Source: Phoronis australis
Lineage: Eukaryota > Animalia > Phoronida
Reading direction: 5' to 3'
NCBI GenBank assembly: GCA_002633005.1
Contig: NMRA01000023.1
Span: 705,339-769,338, forward strand
Length of the DNA: 64,000 bases
The notes beneath the pieces are model-generated. The model was not told the origin of the DNA. It worked only from the letters and a program-made list of their open reading frames with translations, and did not search any database. The position numbers and the translations under genes are program-made. Of this stretch, positions 27,829 through 40,000 are shown piece after piece (the first letter of the stretch is position 1; each line of letters opens with the position of its first letter).

Positions 27829-28046
27829 TCACACATGAGGTTGCGTGAGCTGGCTGCTGGGCGTTATTGATTTCCTAGGTTCATACTTGTGATTCGGGTG
27901 TGAACTCTCGGAAATGCTAACTTTGGCTTTCTTGCTATTTGCTACTTTGATGACAACAATGATGACGACAACGATGATGGTGATGGTCAGCAGGCCACCA
28001 GCGACTGATAATCCGATAATCAGGCCGGTACTGGAAGCGGACACGA
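27829..28046 (-). CDS. REJ-GPS gene exon 26 (single TM helix, ~40-aa cytoplasmic tail, stop)
   Basis: ttttgttccag acceptor, phase 1; hydrophobic stretch then KVANSKKAK; TGA at 27831-27829. Confidence 0.86.
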
Positions 28047-31000
28047 CTGGAACAAAAGAAGGTATGAAATTTAATTGGTATCTTTGGCTAGGGAAAAGAT
28101 ATTTTGAATCAGAAGTAAACCGATTCAGCGATCAGTGATGGCGGTGTTGCAGTAAAAGAAAATTTCACACTTTTAGAGCTACTACTGATCGTTCAACAAT
28201 ATCCACATAAAACTACGTCAACGATATTTACCGGATTGTTTCGTTGTGGCAGCTGTTGTTGATGGCGTAGTCTCGGTGATATCACTTCCGGTTGTCATAT
28301 TGCTGTCCGTGGTATTGGTCAGTTTTGCCTGAGAGGTTGTCACTGAAATGCGAAGTATAGATTTGCTCACCCGAAAGCAGTTCACAGAGAGAACTCTCTA
28401 GAATAGCTAACGCGATATAAGAACACATCGAACTTTCCCATAGTACTATATTCTTGATTGAATTCTTAGTACCATTTTTTGCTTTCAAAAAATGTACGTT
28501 GTGATAAAGGTCCACTCATAAAAATTCCACCTGACTGTAACGCAGCAGCTTCTCATACTGAGTTTCACAAAACTTTATAGTCTTCTACAGTTGTACACTG
28601 ATGCACGGTACCTAACAGCTAGTAACCGATTATAAAGTGTACAAATCCTTTGATTGATTGATCGACTGACGACCTAACTCACCATCACGTGTTGTAGTCG
28701 GCGGAAGGGGCGATGCCATGAGGACAAATATTGACAGGTGATTACTGGAGCACAACACGGTGTTGTCTGTGGATCCGAAAGTGGCGACACCTGACGTTGA
28801 CCACGTGCTGTTAGTGGCGTCCCAGAAATGACAGGTGTATTGACTATCCGTCTTCGGTAGAGTAACGGTCATGTTAATCGTGATTGGCGTAGACAGGTTC
28901 TTAACCACGAGATCATCACCTGGAGAGACAATGGATGTATAGTTTTGTGTCTCTCAATTCTATAGCATCCACGAGGAAGCAGGCGAAGAAACAAAAGCTT
29001 TTTAGGGTTGAGCATGCACCGATAACATGATTGAATTTGAGCCCCTGCCGCAACCCTGTGTCCGACAGCTGAGAAAGCAAATAAACGTGTTTAGTAACCA
29101 AGGTGTAAATGCAGGAGCATTAATCCTTTGTTTAGAATACTTTGTGTACATGTACGCTTAGAGTTTCTAGAGTGCATCGTGGTCTACCCTCGCTCCTAGG
29201 TAATTGTTTATTGGCTAAGTATATGTTACCACTGTAATCCAACCAATCATAGTTTTTAGTTTCAGCACTCATTTGTAGCCCTTATTTCAAATATAGGTTC
29301 TCGTCATGTAGTGATGCACTTTAGAGGGATTATTAGCTGGGCCATGCGGAAAACATACATGTAATACAATTAAGTAGGCTTAAGCTACGATAGACTTAAT
29401 GAGATTGTTCCAAGAGTCACCGAAGACGGAAAGCTACTTGCTGAGATGTTTGTCTCAAGTGAACAATATCTGAGCTGATAACTCATTTCAAGAAGTGAAC
29501 ACAAGACCAGCAATGAATTTTACTTTCTAATTATATCTGGGCAGTCGTTCACCAGAGGCAAGCGGTTCAGCTAGTATCTTGCATCTGCAATAGCCCTAAG
29601 TACCTGTTTTAGGGTTAACCAATGAAATCTCAACCAAGTCAGACGCCCTGTTGTTGAGATCATTTGCAGAACTTGATTTGTCATCCACACTGGTGGCATA
29701 GTGTCGGAATTTGCCAATGGCACCAACACAGCTTTCTGATCCTGTGCACTGCCAATTCATATATCTGCAAAAGATGATATTAGACATATTTGATAAAACA
29801 AGTACATCTACATTTGTCATGAACTCAAACAATTTCTTGCCTATTGAAGTCTGCTCGAATGGGGGACAAGGCGACATATTTCTACAACGATTGTAAAGAC
29901 AAAAACCATCTCTGAACATATACGGTCTCAAATTTAATTTGCCTGACTTATGTATCAGTGCCCTTGAGTTGATGTCCGGGAAAGCTGACAAAGAGCGACG
30001 CAATTTTCTTGAGAATCGGACAGTTCCAATTAATTCCAGTAGAAGGAATTAGACGGCTCCACGACAAGAAAAACATTAAGTGAGTTTCCAGAGGTTGTTT
30101 TTGAAGGCTGCTGTGCGTACAATCTGTCAAAGGACATTCTTGTAAATTTTGGACATCGTATAAAGCTTATCACACTTCCATAAATTAGGCCCGCTGTAAA
30201 AATTATTTTCTCCAGTTTCGTTTCTGGTTTTCGGAAGATTGAAATTGGATGACAGTAAGGTCCTAGTGTAATAGCACTTAGCACTTAGATATTTTGGGAC
30301 AAGATTTCTAAAACATTTGTACATACAACAAGCTGATAGGAATTTTAAAGGATTCCGTGAATAAAAACAAATCATCAAGTGATTGAAGATATACAAACAG
30401 CTAGCTTACGTATTTGCGAGCTCCGAGCCAAAGGTAATCTTGGACGCGTTAGCTGACGTGGACGACGAAAAAGTAGACGCCAAAGAATTGAAGGAAGTCA
30501 GAATAGTCACCCGATCGTTCTTAACCTCCAACGGGGCTCCGCCAAACTTCGAATCGAAACCCATCGCCTTGACTACGAGGTTTTCTATCTTCAATATTAA
30601 GAACTTGTTATTGGCTGGGTACTGTAGCAGGCCGTTCAACATATCAGTGACACTGGCCGCGTGCGATGCGTCCATACCGATACCGCTGGCGAGATAAGAC
30701 ACAAGATTGTCTAAGTAATTAATCATGTTCAGCTGATTCGTGGCGCTCATTTCGCTCAACTTCAAAGTGTGCAGCTGTTCAAGGATTATGAACACGTCTT
30801 CACGCGTCTTCGTGGATTTCTGGATAAAGTTACTAGCCAGATCCAACACCGTGCTGCTGGTATACGTGGAGTTGACCGGTGCAACTGCACGTCTGTTGCG
30901 AGAGTGCAAGGAGCGTCTTCGGCGGTTGGCAAGACCAGTGTTTGACACGACCTGCTCCAGATTGACAGCGTTCAACATCCCCGTTGTGAAATCACCTAAA

Positions 31001-34000
31001 ACAATGATGAAATACCTCATGACAGTATGATATATTTTAAGATATTTTCATAGCATCAGCAAAACCAGAAAGAGAAACTAAGAAAATTTGGAGATATTTG
31101 AAACTAATGACTTTGGTATGTCTTTTTCCGAGCTTCAGTGTCAGCTCTAACATTTTGGATCCTCAATACAATGTTTCCACCCTACTTTCTGATAGTTTAT
31201 ACCATAATGTCGAAGGTCGAACAAATTGGAAATTTATGAACCTGATGAGGATAGCAAATATTAGTGATGGAGAAGGCAATTTTGACTTAATCAACATACC
31301 CACGTTACTGATTTCAAAATTACGTCCGCTAGCTACCAGTTTTGGCTATCAGATCGTTTCCAATTCCGCACCCTTCCCACCAATGGTCCGTACCTGACGG
31401 ATTGGCCGGGGGAGGGCAGGAGGCAAGAATTTATAATCTAATTTGCGTAGACGAAACCAGTCACGTGACCACAATGACAAACCGCTCGCACCACACGCCA
31501 AGTTGACTTCATCAGGCTCAGCGGGTCGTCACTGCAGAAGATGTAACCAAATGAATATCAAAACAGGTAACAACTGTTGCGCATGACTAATACCCTTGCG
31601 CGCTGTGCTGTCCAGCATAAACAGAGGCCGCTGTGTTACGTAGACGATAGAGGTTCATGAGGCACTTCCGCTAACAGAACGAAATGAAACCGTAAATTCT
31701 GCCTCATAATTCTAGATTCCAACCTCTCCGAACAAACCCTTCATTGACTGCCAATTTGCAAGAGTATATGCGAGTGAGATCTCGCTTTAGTCGCGAGAGC
31801 CTTGTGCACTCTATTAGGCTGCCTCTCGTAAGCCTAGAATCCTGGGAGATTCGGGAGATAATACACGCCGTTGCAACATAATGTGCAACTTGCTTAGTGC
31901 AATAGGTCACTCGCTTTCACTCCATAGGCGGATTTAGGGGGAGCAGAGGGCCCGCCTCCCCCCTTGGCTGCCGCAAGCAAAATGAAACAGCAACAGCGTG
32001 AGGAAATGTTGTGTTCAGTAACTAGGACCTGTGGCGTATGAGGGGGGGGGGCTCAGACCCCAGATCGCAGAGGAATCGTGTTCCCGTTTTTATTTTAGTC
32101 CACCGATAAATTTTCTGAACAGCAGCTCCACATCCGCGGCCCCTGCAACTTTCAGGCAGCCTGTGCAAATGTAATCGCGCTTTGCCCAATTCCCCGAGAC
32201 AACATGTTGGCCCCCCCTATGATATCCTGGATCCGCCACTGCACTCTGGGGAATCTTGCGATTCAGAACAGCAACCAACACGACAACATGTGTGGAATGT
32301 CGGCACAAGGTTGTAGCCTTCTCCACAATCCATGCACATGTACATGTAGCTTGCTGCTTCATCTTTCAATATTCTGTCGTTGTGCACAGGTATAGGACTA
32401 TCAAGTTTGACAGACGAATGCGTTTAATACATGTGACGAGTTCCAACTACTCACCAAAACTTTTAGGAGCAGAAATCATCCACTTCCGTTTTTCATTCAG
32501 TTTTTCCTCCGTGAGTGGTGGAGGCTGGAGAACGTGAATCGTGGGGCTGATGATAGTCGAGCAGACAGCAAAAGCATCACAAACCTGAAACACGTGATTT
32601 AGTAAAATCTAGGCACACTCTCCCATTTTATTATATCTTACACATGTCTAATATTGTGATCAAGTAGATCAAATAATGATCGACAAAATATTCGTGCACA
32701 ACATCGGCAGCTAATTCCCAGAGCATTATTTGAGTGCATGGGGTATGCTTCATTATATCCAACGACTGCTGCATGAACCTGTCCCACAACTCTTACAGCA
32801 AGTAGATAGAAACGTGCAGCGCCAGACTTTGTTCATTAAAACGTCCACGGCCAAGCATCTAACCATTGTACTCGAAATCGAACTCGAGAATAATCATGGC
32901 GTTTTTCTGTTCTCCTTTAGATTTGTTCGAACTCAATGTCTAGTAGTCTGCGCTCGAGTATATCACGGTTTATGTGTATGACTTCCTAGCCCATGCTTGT
33001 ACTTGATGGCGGATATAATTGTGCTACAAACCCGAGTAAAATGTTGAGCTTTCGAGAAAATAAATCGAAATTTCGAGTTCACAGCTCTAACGTTGAGCTT
33101 TAAAATGGAACTTGCACCCTAATTCAGTCTGTGATTGCGTGGTAACATAAATTAACAACACAACAAATAGCGATGATGTGAATATGACGTAGACTGATAA
33201 TTACAAAATGTTGTTGAGAACGAGTTCTGTGTCCAAAATGATCCGTTAATCACTCAACCGCGCCCATTAAGTATCGTGATGTGGTGTTGGGAATTACACT
33301 GCATGATGCTTGCCATGTGAGCACCCAAGGTACTGTACGTCGTTAGTGCAAAGGTCACCTATTTGTAGAATTTTTGTTTCTAGATTTAAAAGTTGTCAAT
33401 TAATACAACTGCACTTTGTTTTGCGTAGATGACGTTCAAATAGCATTGTCGTTTAGTTCCTGCTACACATTGGCATAGTTAGAAGCATGCAAATACATCT
33501 TGTTAGGATAATCAAGTGTAAACTAGGATTTAAAAGTTATACACGTAAGTCAATATGTACTTAGGTGTAGAACAATTGTTATGTAGAGGACGCTGCTGTG
33601 CTTGCTTGTCTGCAGAGTGACAGTGCTCCACAAATAGCTCAAACATCTCCGGATATACGGACAACTTAACTTCAAGAGTTTAATTGTGTACTGCTATGTA
33701 AGGACCCGTTTAACAGACTTATTTAACTGCTCTATTGGTACTCGTCAAGGCTGTATGGTAAGCCCTTTGCTATTTGTTTTGTATCTCAAGGAGTTTTTAG
33801 AAAAACTCAATTCACGTGGTGACATAAATAGCATCTACTTAGATGAGCATGCTACAAATATTAATTATATCAGATGACATGGCTTTGTACTCTCTAACAC
33901 CGTCTAACTTGCAACGTATGTTGAATTGTCTCAACGATTATTGTGATTCATGGGGTATGGATGTGAATTTAAAGAAAACCAAAATAATTGTATTTAGAAA

Positions 34001-37000
34001 TGGAAGTCCCTTAAGACACTATGAGAAATATTTTTCAACAAACAGCAAGTTGGTGCTGTATCTCATTATAAATATCTTGGTGTTTTTATCACACCTAAGT
34101 TGCCATGGTCGAAAGCGACAAAAACTCTCTCTAGTCAAGCAAATAAAGCTGCATCACGTGTTTTGAAACTACAGCGCAGTTGTCGCGATATGCCTCCATC
34201 ACTTGCATTTCAGTTATTTGATAAACTGGTGTATCCAACATTGTGTTATGGTGACGAGATTTCGGGTTTTAAAGAATACGAATGTTTAGAAAAAATTCAT
34301 TTGAAATTTTGTAAATGGACTTTGGGACTTGGAGGTTCTTGCTCTAACGCTGCAGTATATTGGGTGAATGTGACAGATACCCTCTGTCCACGAGACTTTG
34401 TTAGTTGTATTAAATACTGGTTTAAAATTTGAAATACCCCACAGGAATTTTATCCGAGGGCCGGTTACAACATGTTGTACAGACTAGATGAAAATGGTGG
34501 ACATACTGTACGTATAATTGGGCAAGTTCAGTTTGGATAAACCAAGGAGTGGCGTGTCAAGAGTCGTTTGTAAATACTTTCTCACAACGTGTTAAGGACT
34601 GTGCTTTGCAAAGATGGCAGTCCGATGTTGATTCCAATTCTAAGTTAAGCTATTACAAACCTTTTAAGGTTGTATTTGAACTTGGAAACTATTTAGAAAT
34701 TGATAATCTTCGAAGAGTGTTCGTGCAAAGTTTTACACGTTTTCGATGTGCAAACCATAGACTGGCAGTAGAAACTGGTCCTCACGTAAATGTGGTACAT
34801 TAAGACAGAGTGTGAACGATGCTCGAGGAGTAGTTTGCGACGCTTTTTCCGAAATCACAGCTAAGTTTCTAAGTGAGAGCCTCTGGACAAGTCCCTCTTT
34901 GTTATTTAATCGCGATACATCAGTCGTGAAATATGTATACTACACATCTAAAAACAGAACAGCTTAAGCATTGCTGACGAGTGTGCATAGCACTCCAATG
35001 ATCTTCTTTGTTTGTTTGTTGTACTTAAGGCCGATGACCATGTGTGCAAATAAACGAGAAGAAGTCATCTATCTTGAATTCACATAACAGTAGAATTGAA
35101 AATGCCTAAAATACTTCGATTCCAAGTAAAAAGATTGGTCCCCAGGCCCAGGTATAATAATGTATGAGTGTATGTAAATTTTCACTCTAAAAATAAAAAT
35201 CAGTGTCTAATCTTCTTATTCAAAAACGTCAAAAATAATTTCTGTTCTACTGCAGTTCGTACATCAGTAGAATAGAAATTATTTTTGACTCAAATGTTCC
35301 ACTGTTGCACGAACTTTTTTAAAAAATCCTACAACTTATGTGTCCATTACTCTGTACCTCTGTAAGTTAATGACGCATATTACTTTCCAGTAAATAGTTG
35401 CACTTGATGACCCTTCAATTCGAGCTCAAAATTGATTAAAAACTCGTGATTTCGAGATCAGACATGAAGTTGTGGTTATAATACTGAGGTTGCAAAGTGC
35501 AATCTAGGGTTAGACAGTCACCCATGCACGCACGCCGCAATGTGCTCGAACACATAATAATACACACTCATATTGAGTTTGCACAAAAGTAGAACAGAAA
35601 ATGTCAAAAACTTCGATTCAAGTCGATTTCAAGAACAAGGATTACAAACATCGAGCCTTTTCCATAAATGCACACCTTGACGTAGGCCTATAATCTTTCA
35701 CAGTGCTACGAAAGTCAAGAGGGTAGACCAGTGTAGCCTAGGCCAAGGTACATGTACTTCCTTTTCATTCATGTCAAATGCATGCACCGTGACCCATATC
35801 CGAAAAAAGCATAGTTTTATTTTTCAAGCAACACAGACACCGGTGAAACTATGGGGACATTCTTCCACAAAAAGGAGGATTTAGAGGGGGGCCAAGGGGG
35901 CCATGTCCCTCCCTAAAATTCTCTTAGAATACATTTGGCAGTTCGGGAGTGCGAATGCTCGACGGGCAAAATCCTGGCTAATACTCTGCCCTGCCCCCCC
36001 TAACTCGAAATCCAGGATCCGCCCCTGTATCCTACGAGAGCATAGGCAGACATTGACTAAGTTTGAAAAACATAGGATGTAAGTGAAAGACGTAAACCTT
36101 CGCTACAGCAATACTCTTATTGAAATGGTACATGACAACTGACTAAAAATAAACTGAACTTCCTATACATTCTTACAAAAACGCTCGTCTATGGGCATAC
36201 ACTGCACGCTTGGAAAATTTATGACCGCATTTTCGTTCGACACTTTTTATAAACTCTTGCTCGTATGAGGATTAGAAATGTCGATTATGTACTTACGGTG
36301 ACGTAGAACGCAATGGTATCTCCGGAAGGGGGTTGCTTTCCGGGTATTTTCACCGCAGGATCGATACCGGCGGTAGTGATGGCTTTGTACTGACTGCCGT
36401 CAATAAATCCGTATTTGTAGGTTATGGGCAAAGCATCTTGAGGTGCGTAACATTTTGTGGTCTTCAGAGTGACCTGTAACGCATTTACAGTTATTTTCAA
36501 TATTTGCAGCATTTCTTTGTTCACACGGCCAAGCCTTCTACACCGCCTATCGTATCGACACCAACAAACGGTCCAGCCTTGGTACACCCACTCTGCCGTA
36601 TCTTGTACATAAATTTTTATTTTCGTCACCATCATTTAAATTCAATTGAAGTAAACTTTATTTCAAGGGAATCTAAATAATGGCGAAGTTGGTTGACAGA
36701 GCTGGTCTTCGTACTCTCTAGCATCGAGGTGACGCATATATGTCTTGGCAAGGAGTTCACAAGGCTGACAAATTCAGTGAATTTGGTAAATTATCTTGAC
36801 TTATTGAACCAATTTTGAGCTGGTGAGATGAACTCTTCTCGATCTGTTAAAATCCACCTAAAGTATGTTTTGATTTACAGGGTCAATTTTGAAGTAGTGA
36901 GCTTGCAAGATTATCCAATTGATTCCACCAACCTCCAATGACATTACGTGGAATTGTGGTGTAAACAAACCCAGGCAATTTAAAGAATGATAATGGAATT

Positions 37001-40000
37001 TTACATTTTCAAAATTGTATGCAGTCATTTATTACTCAGTGGTGAAAAAGAGTTGAGTGCAGACTTAAAAATTTTCACAAGCTTACGTCATCAAGGGCCG
37101 TGTAATTGGATGCCTTGAACACACAAGAGGTCACTCCGGCTCTGACTTGAACCGTGAATGTGTTGTTGCCATTTTTCCCTTCGCTGTTGGTCACCGTGAC
37201 CTGAAACTTGAACTTGCTACCTCGTTTAAGCCCACCTGAAATACGAAACCACAGGTGCAGGTGAGCTACGACGGATAACAGTCCTTAACTGATGAGTCAG
37301 TATACATGTATGCTTTCAACAACTCTTCATGGATAAACTTGTGAAGATGATAGAAATAATGAGGTCATAGGTCATGCTCTTGAATATATTAGTTCAAATA
37401 TCGCATACTTGACATAGCAGAAATACAGCATTCCATATGGAGCCAAACCCAAAAGCAATACCTGCCAGGGACGTAAGTGTGGGGGGGGGTCTCAGAGCAA
37501 TGGATGGGTGTAACGGTTTCAAACTGTAATGTTGGACCAATAAGAAGTTAAATTACAACTGTATCAGCATATAATCAAACAGCTTGCTCTTGGTGAATGA
37601 AGCAATTAGGTAAAAGAAGTTTGGGGAAGGGAGAATTATGGCTCAAGCATAGATTGAACACACATGTATGAACATGGGTAGACCTTCATGCAATTGGTAG
37701 GTTGGCCCGCTATACATAATTTGGGGGAGTACTAAGTAGATAGGCTTACTTGTAATTTGGCTAGGCCCACATGCAGATGTGTTGGCCTAAGTGCAGGTTA
37801 CGTCGGCCTACATGTTGGTCTACTTGTGGTGGAATAGGGCTACATGCAGTAGGCCTACAAGTTGTTTGTAGTTGGCAACGCCTACTTGTAGTTAGATAGG
37901 CCTATATATATAGCATGCCGTAACACAACTGGTTTTGACCGAGAGAAAGTTACATCCCGCTTGACTTACCGCCCGAAATCTGTATAATACTGGTGTATTG
38001 AGAGGTTTGACCATTCCTCAAAAGCAGAGGTGGCACCGCTTGATTTTGACCTTCGGTCAAGTTGAGGTAGCCAAAACCTGAAGGTTGAAAGCACTTAATT
38101 AGAAGTGTGGACAAACGAGTACGTGTTCTGTCAAAGTTTGATCTCCTGGCTTCCGGCGTTTTGAGAGCAGGCTTCTATCATACACATCCAAGGGTAAAGA
38201 CTAAATATTCTAAGGGAGTTTTGGTAAGCAACAGAAATGCATAAACTAGAAACACGGAGATTATCAGAAGTCCACATACACATATTGGACGAGTAGGGTA
38301 ATGCCGAAATTGAAAAATACGTTTCTCGTTCACGTCAGACAATGCATACAGTATGTGTATAGAACACTATCTTTTCGGTGCTAGTAAACGTACATGAAAA
38401 TTGAAGGGCCGGGGATCAGCTGAAATGAACACATGAGGAAATATCCTCCACTGGCGACAAATTAGAAGAAACACTCAAAATGTTTTCTTCTAGAAAGTTT
38501 TCCCAATAATTGTCCACAACAATTAAGTGTTATCATGGAGTTCCCCGCTGCTCATACAGAGACAGTTTACCTTGTTCTTGCAGAGTCTGCAACTGTACCG
38601 TCGTGACCTCCACCAGACTATCGATGTCGAATTGTAGCAGCAAGTTTTCCCCTGGATTGGTCGTAATAACTCCACCAGCGCCTGCTAGTGTCACCTAACA
38701 AAAACAAAGGCTGTGCTACAAATTCAAGCCACCAGTAATTAAACACTTTTCATTGTAAACAAAAAACATTACGTAAGAGGAGCAAGAGGAAGACCATTCA
38801 AACGCATACGCACACAAACGCACCAACACGAGCACCCAGACACAAAGTTACAGTGTTAGCCAGAGGAGTAAAATTGTTCTCTCTAATGTCTACTACATTC
38901 ATTAAGCATTTAACGCTGATTCCAATTTGGGTGAGTTCCATAGTGGGAATGGGGAATCTCGCGAGATCTTGCTTTTCTAGTGAGGTCCTAGCGTTATTGA
39001 ACTCTATCCGGGTCACCACTGTTACAACGCATCGGGTGGGCTGACTAACTTTCCCCTTTTCCAAACTTTGAGGGCTCAGTACAAATGTGAGTTTTTCCGA
39101 TAAATTTCTGTTGATTTACAAAGCTCCTGTCAGCGAAATTTAACAGTATGATTCTTAGTTATAGGAAATACGCTGATGGTAATGAAGTATCATCAGATTT
39201 CGCTTAATCATTCGTTTTTACGTTTCTGATTAATGCCACGCGTTATGTGAATAAGTGTTCACGCAAAGAGCTTTCTTATGGACATGAAATCAATTCTGTT
39301 GACAAAATTTTAAGCTGTTAAAATTTGTCGAAATACTTTTGTGACCTTGACATTTTGTGCACATGAACATTTACATGTACACACGCATTGACAATATACG
39401 ACACCTACCTTTGGTGGTTGTCCGGCGACGGCTGTGACCGTGACTGATGTACTGGACGATCTCTCGTTCTTCGAAACAGTTAATGTGAATTCATACACTT
39501 CGCTGGCTTTAAAGCGTAGAGCGTCGAAAGACAGGATAGCAGACGACCTTTCGTTCTTAAAGGGGAAGGTGGTACCATTGTCGCCATTCTTGTAGGACAC
39601 GCAAGCACTTCCGGTGGAAACCTTCAATAACGATCAAAACAATAAAGACAATTGAACCGTTTCTATACATCGAATTTTCCCTTGCATTTGATTACGTTGG
39701 GAACCTCGTATTCCTGTTTATGAGGGCTGCATCATCACAAGTTTATGAAACCGGTATAGCAGGAATGAGTCCGCCCAGGGTACTGTTTGCATGCAGTTGA
39801 CCGTCAACATACGTGTACATGTACCTGGCCACATTCAGTGGATGCCAGAATGCTCAATGGAAATACACTATATAATTTCAAGGTGAACACCAAAGGTCTT
39901 TGCAACCGTCTCAGTTGCTGCAGCGGTTTGATGGTTCTCACCCAATTTACATCTGTAACTCAGTTTTGCTACTTATTCATTGGAACTCTTGCAATGCCTT

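Noticed and set aside
27829-28919. Adhesion GPCR or full polycystin-1 assignment (gene symbol PKD1/PKDREJ)
   Set aside because: Only one TM precedes the stop, and I saw no PLAT, TRP or 7TM exons downstream; orthology cannot be claimed.
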